A stretch of DNA of 64,000 bases, taken from Dendrobates tinctorius (lineage: Eukaryota). Position 1 is the first letter of the stretch, and each line of letters begins with the position of its first letter. This document shows positions 13,441-46,277 of the stretch, one piece after another. Location of the stretch: contig NW_027361677.1 in NCBI RefSeq assembly GCF_039654945.1, positions 5,580,001-5,644,000 on the forward strand. The letters are read 5' to 3'. The notes below the pieces were generated by a model. The model had not been told where the DNA came from, made no database searches, and worked only from the letters and a program-made list of their open reading frames with translations. The position numbers were made by a program, and so were the translations under genes.

Positions 13441-15300
13441 CAAACCCAGGGCCCCTAAGTTCGGGTGGCAGATGGGCCCCTGGGACAGTAAGTCTGGTCG
13501 TTCCGGTAGACGCCAAGGCACGTCTGCGAGGAGCTGCACTAGATCCGCGTACCATACTCGACGGGGCCAGCAGAATTGCCGGGACCCCCTCTGTCTTGAT
13601 CTTTCTGATGACCCTCGGGAGAAGTGGCAGGGGGGGAAACAGGCACGGGAGCCGAAACTGGTGCCATGGTAGGACCAACGCATCCACTGCGATTGCTCGC
13701 GGGTCCTGAGACCGAGCGACAAACGTGCCCACTTTGGCGTTCTCCCTGGAGGCCATCAGATCCACGTACGGAGTCCCCCATCGTTGGCAAATCTGCTGGA
13801 AGACCTCGGGGTGCAGGGACCATTCCCCGGCCGCGACACCTTGCTGGCTTAGGAAATCTGCTGCCCAATTTTCCACGCCTGGTATGTGAACTGCTGAGAT
13901 TATCGAGTGGTGCCTCTCGGCCCAACGGAGTACATGCTCTATCTCGCGCATGGTTGCCCTGCTGCGCGTGCCTCCCTGGGGATTCACGTACGCCACTGCC
14001 GTGGCGTTGTCTGACTGAACTCGGACTGGGCGTCCTGCTAGCAAGTGCTGAAAATGCTGCAGTGCCAACCGCACCGCTCGAATCTCCAACAAGTTGATAA
14101 GGAGATGTGCCTCCTGAGGCGACCATTGCCCCTGGGCCGTGTGATGGCGGAAGATTGCCCCCCAACCGAAAAGACTTGCATCGGTTGTGATCACCAACCA
14201 TTGATCTGGGGGAAAGGGCTTCCCCTGACGAAGAGAGGAGTCGCGCGTCCACCATTGAAGTGCCCGTCGGACAACTTGCACTGATGATCGCGCGAGAACG
14301 GACTTCTGTCTCAAGACGCTAAGAGAGCATGCTGCAGGGGACGAAGATGAAATTGAGCAAACGGAACTGCTTCCATCGCCGCCACCATCCTCCCTAGAAC
14401 CCTCATCCCGAACCGGATAGTGTGAAGGCCTGGTTGTTGAAGACTTTGAACTCCCTGCCGGAGCGCCCGAGCCTTGTCCTGAGGGAGAATTACCAACCCT
14501 CGGGAAGTGTCGAAAATCATCCTAGGAATAGAATCCTCTGAGCTGGGGTAAGGGATGACTTCTTCCCGTTGACCAACCATCCTAGATGAGATAGGGTATC
14601 CAGTGCGATGCTGAAATTTTCCTCGCATGCACAAAAGGACGGACCCTTTACTAAGAGGTCGTCCAAGTACGGCAAAACCACTATGCCCCGAGAATGTAGA
14701 ATGGCCATGACGAGAGCCATCACTTTCGTGAATATCCTGGGGGCCGTGGCCAACCCAAAAAGGTAGGGCCACAAATTGGAAATGCCGCCCATCGATTGCA
14801 AACCGTAGGAACTTTTGATGCGGGGGAAAAAATAGGGATGTGCAGGTAGGCATCCTGGACATCAATCGAGGCCAAATATTCTCCCTGCTCCATGGACGAT
14901 ATGACCGACCTGAGAGATTCCATGCGAAAATGCCTGACTCTGATGAACCTGTTCAGGAGCTTTAGGTCCAGAACCGGCCTTACTGTTCCTTTCTTCTTGG
15001 GGACCGCGAACAGGTTGGAATAAAATCCTTGGGTTCTTTCGCACTCTGGTACAGGGACAATGACCTCGTTGCGCTGCAGCACCTCGATGGCCCCTAGCAA
15101 TGCGTCTGCCCGGGATTCCGTTTTGGGAAGCCGGAAAAGAAAAAATCGTCTTGGCGGATCTTTGACAAATTCCATTTTGTACCCGGACGACACCAATTCT
15201 GCCACCCATGCGTCGCGCGCCACTGCGACCCAGACGCGGCAGAACCTGAGCAGACGTCCGCCTACTCGGCTATCCTCGGGTACCGGATGCCTCGAGTCAT
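13440..15300 (-). pseudogene. DIRS A ORF2 RT-RNaseH-methyltransferase-like, frameshifted
   Basis: VGGRL, FYSNLF.VPKK, RPVLDLK, FGLATAPR, YLDDLL, TTDAS, QSDNATAVAY, VDLMAS, LFPP. Confidence 0.9.
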
Positions 15301-16724
15301 TTTGCTGAGGGCCTCTGGGACCTGGCCCCCCTTGACCTGGGCGGGCGGCCCGCATCCTACCCAGCGGGTTGGCTTTATACGTGACCTGACGCTCTTGGTC
15401 TTGGTTATAGCAAGCTGGGGTGGAGGTACTGGCTGCTGCCATCCACCCGGGGGTGCGAAATGCTCGAAAGCGCGCCTGAGGTTGACGAAATGGCAGTTTA
15501 ATCTTCTGTTGTGGAAGAAAGCTGCTTTTTCTCCCTGTAGTGTCTGAAATGAGTTTGTCTAATTTCTCCCCAAATAGCCGGCTACCCTGAAAAGGCAGGG
15601 AAGTCAAAGACTTTTTAGAAATCGAATCAGCCCGCCATAGCCTTAACCACAAGGCTCTCCTAATGACGATTGCATTTGCCGCCGCTAGTGTCGCGCAATT
15701 AGCCGCATCCAAAGATGCATTAAATAGTCACCCGCCATCGCGATCTGACTTGCTATCTCAGCCACTTCCGTCGGCAATTCTCTATCCTGTAGGACCTTAT
15801 TCAAAGAATCTGACCACGACATCATGGCTTTGGCTACCCATGTTGCCACAAAAGGAAAGAGCGCTGATCCCGATGCCTCATACACCGAGCGAGCTAAACC
15901 TTCTATGAGTCGATCCGTGGGGTACTTAATGGAAGAACCACTAGGTACTGACAACAAGGATCTTGAGACCAGGCGTGACACTGGGGGATCCACCACCAGA
16001 GATTCCGCCCATTTCTTACAGAGCTCTGATGCGAACGGATATCTAATTTCTAGCGTTTTTTGTCCAGAAAAACGTTTATCTGGACGTTCTCTGTGCCGCT
16101 GCACTAGAGTGCATTAGAGTGCTAAACACTCTATGTGGTCGCCTGGCCTTCTTAAAGGATACCTTATGACCTGCGGTTAGGGAGACATCATCCTCAATAC
16201 CCAGAGTCTGATTGACAGCTTCAATAAGACTGTCTACCGTCTCCCGATACCCCGGGGTATCCAGGTCCAAGGATTCCTCCACGTCATCACCTGAACTCTG
16301 CTCGCTCCCAGAAAATGGTGACGGTGAGCGAGACGCCGCACTCGCGGATGCTGAAGCGCCGGAGGGGCCTGGAGACGCAGTATGGGTTTTTTTCCTATGC
16401 GTCTGCCTAGAGAGTGCGGCCCCTGCAGGCCGAATGCTCTTGTGAGGTGGATGAACCATCCCAAACAGGCGAGCCGTCGTCTCTACCCCTATCCGGGGCC
16501 TGAAGGGTCTCAATCGCCTTCGTAAGCGAAACCATGGACCGAGAGAGTGATAACGCCCATTCCGGGGGATCCAGACCCCAGGGCTCTGTCGCAGGGGAGG
16601 GCTCCTGGGCGCGTTCGGAGTCACAGGCTTCACGTAACTTAACAGTCTGCGCTCGTGGGAACATAACCCCACAGGAAACGCATGCGGCATAAAGGAACGT
16701 GTGCGTTTTTCCTTTTCCAGACAT
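15297..16724 (-). pseudogene. DIRS A ORF1 (gag-like), frameshifted
   Basis: MSGKGK..CVSC, PPEWA, VDPPVSRL, IRRALWLRLW, LPFQGSRLFG segments colinear with elements B and C. Confidence 0.85.
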
Positions 16725-19700
16725 ACTGCTGGAGTAGGCCAAAAAAAAAAAAACTTTTTTCTTTTAAGGTTTGAGGGGGGAGGAGGAGGAGAAGGGTAAC
16801 CCTGTAATGCCTTAGTGTGGCTCTGGGACGGGGTCGCACTTACCCGCTCCTGCGTGTCTCTCCCCGTGCTCCTGCAGTCTGTCTGCTGCTTCACTCCTGG
16901 GTAAGCTGCGAATCTTCTCCTGATTGCGGCCTACCCTGCTTTGCAGCCGGGGCCTCAATTTTATCCGGCGCCCGCCTTGGTCATGGGGGGCGGTGCCAGA
17001 TATGACGTCGCGCCCAGGGCGGAACTTCCGCCCGCGGCCCATGCCGAAGCCGTGGGCTAAATTAGAGACGGTTCGTCCGCTTGGTATGCTGGCGGACCGC
17101 TACCCCGGCGATCCGGTCCCAATGCCGCTCCGTCTGCTGGTGGCTCCCCGGCAGCGCCCGCCCTGGTCATGGGGGGCACTGAGTCTCCCGGACTGCACCG
17201 GTACTAGTAGGGAAAGTGAAGGCGCGAGGAAGGATAGAGGAGCGGAGGGAAGGAGGGGGGGGGGGGGGGTAATGCGATTTGAGATTACCCGGGCTTTAGC
17301 CATTCTGAAGACTGTCCTCCCCCACCCGCCGAATGGCCGCCTGACTCCTCTCCACCCGGGGGTGAGCCGAGGCTGACTACTATCCCTGGCTCCAAAAAAT
17401 GCTGCCCAGGGCCCTCTCCAGCTCATACCTGCACTCCAGCTCGATAGCCAGCACCTGAGGTATTTCCGTTTAGGACGATGCAGGCACCCTAGCTCCGTCC
17501 GCCTTGTAGGGGCGAGGAGAGGGACCGTCCGCTGCCATGCAGCACCGCCGTCGTGCGTTGGTGGAGCAGTGGGGGCGCACAGACTAGTCTTCTGCCTCTG
17601 TGCAAGCCCATGGTTTCGATACCTAGGGGTGGACAGGGCTAAGTCTGGCATAGTGTCCAACGTCGCGGGAAAGGAAACGTGGAGGGACACTCGCACGTGG
17701 TCGCCCGTTGCTGGTTTGGGGAAATCGGATCCTTTCAATAGGATGCGTTGCCCTTGTCTTATCTTCATAAAATAAAAAACAAAGAAAAAAATAGATGTCT
17801 GGGGAAAAGTCCCAGGGATGTCCCTCGGTGCGGGAAAGGATACGTGGAGGCGATACTCAACGCGTGCTCGCCAGTTGCTGGTTTGGGGAGATCGGACTTT
17901 CTATAGGATCCGTCGCCCGTCTCCTCATAGCGAGAGAAAAAAAAATAGTCTGGAGAGATCCAGACTGCGTGTGCCTCCATAAGACACTAAGCAAAAAACT
18001 GGTTTCCGCCCGCTATCGGGGCGAGGGTGTATGCGGCGGAGGAGCTAACTTGTTTTTTGTATACCTAGTGTCAGCCTCCAGACGGCAGTAGCATACACCC
18101 CAAAGTCTCTGTGTCCCCCAATGAGACGAAGGAAAAAAAATAGCAATTCTGTAATTTGCGCCAATGTTTTTTATTTTCTTTTGGACTTTTAAGGACCCCT
18201 TGGTATCAAATATGTATTGTCTGAGCAATTTATTCCATCAGGAACAGTAACAAACCCCCCCCCCCCAACTAATTTGCACTCCGCGATTGCCACTAACTGC
18301 TTAGATGCTACGGTCGCCATTGTCCACAGCATCTAAAAGGTTAAACAGAGAAAGATATGATGACTGCAAATTCAAGCAGGTGCCAACTGTTTAACACGGC
18401 TAGCACCAACTGGGGGAAGGCGAGCCTGAGCCCACTCCATGCAACGCCTTCTGATTTCCGTTGTGCAGAAGTTAGAAGCTACGGTGATCAAGGAGTTTTG
18501 CTAAATTCACACTCCAGCATTTTGAGCCCTACCTTCCCTATAGCAAAGCAATGGACTGTGCAATCAGCATTTAATCACAAATCTGCTTGCGGGCCTGTAA
18601 ATCATGCTTGCTGGTCAGGGAATGTTTCTCCAAAAAACCTGCATAAAAACCTATAAGTGGAATTATTTACAGAGATGGAGGGCAGATAAAATCAGAACAT
18701 TACCTGGCCGTAACGATCAGCCAATATAACCCAAGGCAAAGAAAAAAAAACTAAACAGTAATATATTACAATGAGTAATTAAAAAAAAGCCCTCGGTGGT
18801 TAGTGGATGTACTCTCCAGATCTTTCTTTACTGCTGCCTTAATTCCAGACATCATAAAACAAGAAGAGTCGTGTTGCCACTGGGCTATGGCTGTTTTGCC
18901 CAGGTATAGACTATGTCAATGCTTGAGAAAGCATGCGACCACATACAATGGTCATCGACCAGCGGGGGGGCAGGGGGGAGGGAGACTCCTTGCACGACGA
19001 TGTTTACCCACGTTTATTGCGACTGTATACGGAAGCGTCTAGGAGAGAAAAAAAAAAACAAGCAACCATCGGGCGCGGCTGGAAAGGATGACGGCTCATA
19101 AATGGATATACCGTCACTTTAATGAGGCCATATACACCCTAGGAGGGTGCTCCACTGAAAAATGGGAGAAGTGGCCCTGGCGTGAGGGCATAATGGAGGA
19201 GCAGCAGGTGTGGACCTCACCTTGGGGTGCATAAGAGCAGTAAATGCAAAAGGACATTTAGACGCATTAAAAAAAAACAAAAAAAAACACAAATTTGGCA
19301 AGTGCAAAAAAAAAATCATAAAACGTTTGCGCCCCAATTCTCTGAGACCAGGAATGTTTTCAGTGTTCTGCTGATGGTGCTATGTGAATGTTTTGCTTTT
19401 ATGTAGTGAGCAAACTTTTTTTTTAATTGATACCCTTTTTGGGAAATATACGATTTACGGTATTGTGTCGACAAAAAAACAAATTGCAATTCTGGCATTG
19501 TTTTTTTAAAAAAATGTTACGGTATTTACAGATCAAGCTAATTCCTTTTATATTTTGATAGATCAGACACTTACAGACATCAATTTTTTTCAAATTCTTT
19601 ATTTCTAATGGGAGTTTCATAGGAAGACTGAGGTGGCCGCGGCTTTCATGACCGCTTATCAGTTCCCCATGAACGTGTTGCGGGGAGCAGATGTCGGCGT

Positions 19701-20093
19701 AAAACCAGCACTGACATCATTTAAAGACTGACAGCGGCGTTATATTGATTGATCTAGTGATCCGAGCGCGTCCTGGCAGCTGAAGTTGGAGGCAGATGAA
19801 TTCTAGGCGGCATCTCTTTTGTATAGTGCCTGCGCAGCATCTAAGCTCACTCCATACATGGACACGTACTATTACATCTTATGTCAGGAAAGGGCATGGC
19901 TTATCTTTGTGGTTGTCCAAGGTTCCTATCTACTCATAGAAAAAGGCCCGTCTACACTGCATAACTTTCGCAGATCAAAGTTAAAAATAAAACTTTTAAA
20001 AGTTTTACCTAATAAATAAATCAGTCAGGACCTTGGGGAAAAAAGTTGTATTTGGGACGTAGTACTAGCAGGATGTTTAAGCAAGTGTCCGCA

Positions 20094-40383
<20,290 letters not shown>

Positions 40384-41142
40384 TTAACAGTAAATGGATT
40401 AGAACTGTGCTTACAGTTCAGCAATTAACCAAAAACTATAAAAAGGAGGAAAGATAAAGGGAGTGAGTGCTACAAGCAATTCTTTTTGTTTTATCTGAGG
40501 TCAGAACTAAGTTAAAGTGTTTCCAAAAACCTGTCCCCAGTTGCTGTTATATATATAAAAATAAATAAATAAATAAATAAAAAAAAAATCTTCACTCACC
40601 CTCCCCAGGTCCTTGCCAAAGCTCTACAGCTGCACCTGCTATCTATTATTGTCTGTAGCACCGATGTCATGGCTGCAGCTAAACAATGAGCTCAGCCCTC
40701 TGTCCAGGTTGATGGCACGTGACCGGTTGTCTGCAGTGCTGTTGACCTGACGTCAGCGTTGCAGAAAATAAAAGATACCGGGAGCAGTGACAGAGACTCA
40801 GCGATGGACCTGGGGGAGTGAGTAAAGCAGGTTTGGTTTTTTAAAGCTAGGGCTACACTTGACTTTGGCCGTTACACAACCAGAGTGGCCAAAATTTGCT
40901 AGAAAGCAGCAAAATACAAGTCACTGGGGTCACGGTGCGACCAAGAGGGTCAGATTTTTGGTGACTTGCTTGTCGCGGTTGCAATACCCTTGAGGTTCCA
41001 ACGTGACCCCATCGCACAGCAACCTATCAGCGACACATTGAAAAACCAGCAGTCGGGGGGAGACGGGTTTTCTGAGGCTAGAAAACCCCTTTAAGTAACA
41101 ATTTTCTGCATTTTAAAGCAGAAATTGATTTTTAGTTGTACA

Positions 41143-41270
41143 AATCTGCCTCCAGAGCTTATCATAAATGGAAGGGGGTGTTACCTATGTGAGCCATGTA
41201 ATGACTGACAGTCTGCTCTCCCGATCTACATGTCCCCTTTCATTTATAATAAGCTCTGGAGGCAGATTTT
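41143..41270. repeat. Inverted repeat within a T2/Kolobok-like MITE
   Basis: ATCTGCCTCCAGAGCTTATCATAAATG...CATTTATAATAAGCTCTGGAGGCAGAT. Confidence 0.7.
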
Positions 41271-41799
41271 CAGGGAGAGCTATGTCCCGCCCATAGATCT
41301 TAACAGCTCATTTACATATTAAGAAAAATGTGGATTTCTTGTAAATAAGACATCAAACCACAGACATCAAGGTATCATTTTATTCAGCTTCCTATGACCT
41401 AAATGCCCATGTAGGCCACTTAGGAGGGTTGATCCTACTGACAAGAGTCCCTTAAAACAGGGCGACACCTAATTAATGGCCCAAAGTGCAACAGAAGCTT
41501 TAAATAAAAATCTATCCTGCTTTTCTGGCCCCTCCGGTGTCATCCATGTGTCTAAGCATTGTCATGTGACCACTGATCGGCTGCAGCCTGAGCCGTAGAA
41601 CAGTACGTCTTCCACTAAGAAGTAATTGTGAAGGCTGCAGCCGATCAGTGGTCACATGACGACGTTTAAGTCAGGAGACACAGGGCCAAGAATAGAGAGC
41701 CAGCGCCGGGCCAAACGGTAATTAATGGTTTATAAATGTGTGGTCCATTGGTGAGCAATCCCTTTAAGGTTACCATGGCTCTCATTACTTTCAATGGAG

Positions 41800-42420
41800 A
41801 CTTCAGCTACCACCTAGAGCAGGACGTGGCCGCGGAGTCCCCGGGGGAATGGGGCAATATGAGGGGAGAAACACAGCAACCAATCAGCTGGAGGCTTACA
41901 TTTCCAAACTGCCTTAAACCTAAAGACAAGTGCTGTGATTGGTTGGCAGACAGCGGCTCTCCGGCACTGCGTTTCCCTGCGCACCCGGTCCCGCCGCCAC
42001 ACTCCGCCCGCTCCCCTCACGGATCGTCAGGCGCCCGTAGCCTCCCCGAATACCAGGATTCCTAGTCCCCACAACTACCGGAGCCAGGCCCGCCGTGCCC
42101 GTACCTCTCCTGCACCGTGCACCTCCCGCGCTAAAGCCGCTGCTCTCTGATTGGGCCATGAGTCCGGCCACAATGCATCGCGCGATTCAAACAACTTTAT
42201 TAACACCAGAAATGGTAAACAGCAAAGGTTTACCTCACGCTACAGTAATGGTACGCGGACACCGTGCGGTGAGACTTATGAGGTGTTGGGAGTCGGGAGT
42301 GTGTGAGACACTGCGGCTCCGGGTGTTTCGGTGTCGTATAGGCGGGGCATGAAGCAGCCGCACTGTCCGGGTATCGGTGAGGGACAAACCGTGTCACAGA
42401 GAACAGGCGGAGCATGGCGT
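41800..42420 (-). promoter_or_regulatory. CpG-rich region: probable NUP93 promoter and non-coding exon 1
   Basis: CpG-dense stretch not recognised as a repeat, 1.5-2 kb upstream of coding exon 1; CCAAT/ATTGG boxes near 41880, 41940 and 42150; GC boxes. Confidence 0.7.
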
Positions 42421-42458
42421 CACCTCACTGCACTGCCATTACCTGGGCTTTCTACAGT

Positions 42459-42633
42459 ACCACAACTCCCAGCACAGCAGCACACTACTGTATGTATAGA
42501 TGTGATGGCTACAAACCTTACCAAGCAATACCACTCTAGTGTTCTCAGCTCTGCGCGTGTGGTACTACAAGTCCCAGCATACAATACCACTGTATGCTCA
42601 GATCTATATATGGAGCACTACAAGTCCCAGCAT
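42459..42633 (+). promoter_or_regulatory. Three ZNF143/Staf-type motifs (ACTACAANTCCCAGCA)
   Basis: ACCACAACTCCCAGCA at 42459; ACTACAAGTCCCAGCAT at 42564 and 42617. Confidence 0.5.
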
Positions 42634-43127
42634 ATACTGGTAGTTTTCACCTCCTGGTGACCATGAATAGTGCTTTGGGTTCCCGCTCCTGTATAAGAAG
42701 CCACTAGTAAAGGTGAAAATGGGGGAAACGGGAAGAAATGCAAAGTCCTACGTGTGGGCAAGAAAAATGAAAAAATCATACAGAATGGGAGGCATAGAAC
42801 TAGGCAACAGCACGTGTGAAAAAGACTTGGGTATACTAATAGATCACAGACTGAATATGAGTCAACAGTGTGATGCAGCAGCAAAAAAGGCAAATGCAAT
42901 TCTAGGATGTATTAACAGAAGCATACAGTCTAGATCACGTGAAGTCATTATTTCCCTCTACTCCTCTTTGGTCAGACCTCATCTGGAATATTGTGTCCAG
43001 TTTTGGGCACCACATTTTAAAAAAGACATCAACAAACTGGAGCAAGTTCAGAAAAGAGCGACCAGAATGGTGACCGGTCTGCAAACCCTGTCTTATGAGG
43101 AAAGGTTATAGGATCTGGGAATGTTTA

Positions 43128-43483
43128 GGCTGTGTGCACACGATGCAGATTTGCAGCGGATCCGCAGCGGATTTCACCGTGCAGAAACGTTGCATATCCG
43201 CATTGTGATGTACAGTAGCCTTAAAATCAATGTAAAAAAAAAACGCTGTGCAGACGCTGCGGATTTATCCGCAGCATGTTACTTCTTTTGTGCGGTTTTC
43301 CATCTCCCCTGTCACCAAATCCGCAGGGGTAAAACCGCGATGGAAAACCGCACAAAAACCACATGAAAACCGCATGAAAAATGGAAGAAATCCACAGGAA
43401 AAATGCAGGTCATTTGACCTGCGGATTTCTTCCATTCTGTGCGGAAAAATCCGCAGGGCCAAAAAGTATGTCTGCACTCAGCC
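43128..43483. mobile_element. PIF/Harbinger MITE inside the CR1
   Basis: TTA|GGCTGTGTGCACAC...GTCTGCACTCAGCC|TGA; removing it restores CR1 ATG TTT AGC TTG. Confidence 0.85.
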
Positions 43484-43814
43484 TGAGCTTGCAAAAAAGA
43501 AGACTGAGAGGAGACTTAATGGCCGTCTACAAATATCTGAAGGGCTGTCACATTGTAGAAGGATCAACTTTATTCTCATTTGCACAAGGAAAGACGAGAA
43601 GTAATGGAATGAAACTGAAAGGGAGGAGACTAATTAGATATGAGAAAAAACTTTTTGACGGAGTGATCAATGAGTGGAACAGGCTGCCACGAGAGGTGGT
43701 GAGTTCTTCAATGGAAGTCTTCAAACAGAGGCTGGACAGACATCTGCTGGGATGATTAAGCAAATCCTGCATTGAGCGGAGGTTGGTCACAATGACCCTG
43801 GAGGTCCCTTCTAA

Positions 43815-46277
43815 GGCTGGAGTCACATTAGAGAGGAATACGGACGAATGCTATGCAACAAAATCGCGTAGCACTCACCACTGTTAATCTATGGGGCAGC
43901 TCCCATCATCCGTTATTTTCTCAGCCATATGCGTGCCAGTGAAATCACAGCATGCTGCGATTTGCACCGTATGTCGTCCGAGACTCGCAAATGCAAGTCT
44001 ATGGGTGCGAGAAAGAATGGATACCACACGGACCATCAATGTGACTTGCGAGAAATACACATCGGTGTCCTTTGAAAAGCCGGCAATTCATATGCATCTA
44101 TCCAGTAAAATCACACTGACATGTTATAATAGAAAAGATAGACTACATGTATACACATAGAATACGCGTATATGTACAGTATATGTCAGTGACGCGCATA
44201 TCTACTATATAATCGTCTAATTCTGTCTGTAACGGAAATCCCCCGTCGCTGATTGGTCGCGGCTGGCCGGGCACAACCAGTCAGCGACAGGCGCAGTCCG
44301 GCCGCAAATTGGCGCGGAATTCGAACGACGCACGCCACCCCTACCGTCGGGAGATCTGCGGCTCTAGCCGCTGATCTCCCGACGGTTGCCGCAGGTCATC
44401 TGCCACATGGAGGTCAGCGGCGACGCAGCTGGGAGATGACTGGCGCTAGCCTGATTGGTCGCGGCCGGGCGTGACCAATCAGCGACAGGTGCAGTCTGCC
44501 CGCGAATTGCCTCGGGATTTGAACCACGCTTTTCTGATTGGTCACGCCCGGCGACCAATCAGCAATATTGGCGCGGAATTTAACCCTCACAGCGCAGCGT
44601 AGTTCTCATCTTTACTGAACAAGTTCTGTCTTAAATCTTCATAAATAAACTACATACATATTCTAGAATACCCAATGCATTAGAATCGGGCCACTATCTA
44701 GTATATTTATATATCTTCATATTTCATAGAGAGATACATAGTAGAATAGCCATTAATTCATTTGTCGGCTTCTGAAAAATCAATGCAGAACCCGACAGGA
44801 GACATGGATTACATACAGTATACCATTGCAGAACAGTTAGACTTATATATGTCAGTGACTAATACTGTTAGTAGTATATGTGTGTAAAATTTTGGACCTG
44901 TAGTTATTTAATAAAAGAATATATTCCCGGGAAAAACTGGCGTGGGCTGCCGCGCAATTTTCTCCGCCAGAGAGGGCAAGCCAGTGACTGAGGGCAGATA
45001 TTAATAGCCGAGAAAGGCACCATTGTTATTGCCCCCCGGCTAAAAACATCTGCCCCCAGCCACCCCAGAAAAGGCGCATCTGTAAGATGCGCCAATTCCG
45101 GCAATTAGCCTCTCTCTTCCCACTGCCCTGTAGCGGTGGCATATGGGGTAATAAGGGGTTAATGTCACCTTTGTATTGTAAGGTGACATTAAGCCTGGCT
45201 TAGTAATAGAGAGGTATCGATAACACACCTATCCATTACTAATCCTGAAGTTTGCAAAGGGTTAAATAAACACACACACAGGCCGAATAAAGTATTTTAA
45301 TGAAATAAAAGAACTCAGTTTTGCCATCTTTATTCTTCTGCTAAATCCAAACGAAACCCTCGATCTCCTGTAAAAAATCACAAATAAAAAACCAACAATA
45401 TACCACAACTGTCCGGCGTACACGCAAGTCCCACAGCGTAAATCCATATCTGGGGTTAAATAGTTTACAATCGGGAGCGGTGCTAATGCTCCGCCTCAGC
45501 TGTAAACCACGGAGGAATGAATGAGAAGCTGCCGGCTTCAGCATCAGTGACGTCAGCACAGCCTCCCAGCCAGTCTTAATGTCACCTTACAATACAAAGG
45601 TGACATTAACCCCTTATTACCCCATATGCCACCTCTACAGGGCAATGGGAAGAGAGAGGCTAAGTGCTGGAATTGGCGCATCTTTTTCTGGGGTGGTTGG
45701 GGGCAGATGTTTTTAGCCAGGGAGGGGGGGAGCAATAACCATGGCCCCTTTCTCGGCTATTAATATCTGCCCTCAGTCACTGGCTTGCCCTCTCTGGCTC
45801 AGATACTTGCGCGAGTGCCCACGCATTTTTTTCCCGTGCATACATTCTTTTATTAAATACCTACAGCTCCCAAATTTTACACACATATACTACTAACACT
45901 ACCAGTCACTGACATATAGAACTATTCTGCAATGGTTTACTGTATGTAAACCATGTCTCCTATCCTTTCGGCTTTTTCAATGATTTTACAGAAGCCAACA
46001 AATGAATTATCGGCTATTCTGCTATCTAGCTCTGTATGAAATATAAAGACATATATGTTTGGACGAATATTTGAGGCCATGGATCAGTTAAATGTCCATT
46101 TTGCAAGGCTACGATAAAATCTCGCTATACAGATGCCATATGGATACTTAGATGCGAGGAAATTGCATCCTCGCATTGCAAATGGATTACATACGGATCA
46201 CTGTTCAGGGAACATTTGTGCGAATCTCGGCCGTCAAAATCGGAACGATTTTGTATACGTTAAGTGTGACTCCAGCC
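43815..46277. mobile_element. Long foldback non-autonomous PIF/Harbinger element
   Basis: TAA|GGCTGGAGTCACA...TGTGACTCCAGCC|TAA; internal inverted arms ~44710-45200 vs ~45570-46050. Confidence 0.88.
44201..44701 (+). mobile_element. Non-autonomous Helitron
   Basis: A|TCTACTATATAA...CCCAAT-GCATTAGA-ATCGGG hairpin...CTAG|T; AT target, no TSD. Confidence 0.8.

Larger units (their letters stand above)
11962..18137 (-). mobile_element. DIRS1-type tyrosine-recombinase retrotransposon A (full length, decayed)
   Basis: ITRs ~12016-12146 and ~17995-18122; ICR ~12286-12387 joins both termini through TTT; gag-like, RT (YLDD)/RNaseH/MT and YR ORFs. Confidence 0.95.

Noticed and set aside
14720-15712. 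Apparent natural gag-pol fusion in DIRS A
   Set aside because: Best explained by a frameshift just upstream of the likely ORF1 stop at 15297; the element has many other frameshifts
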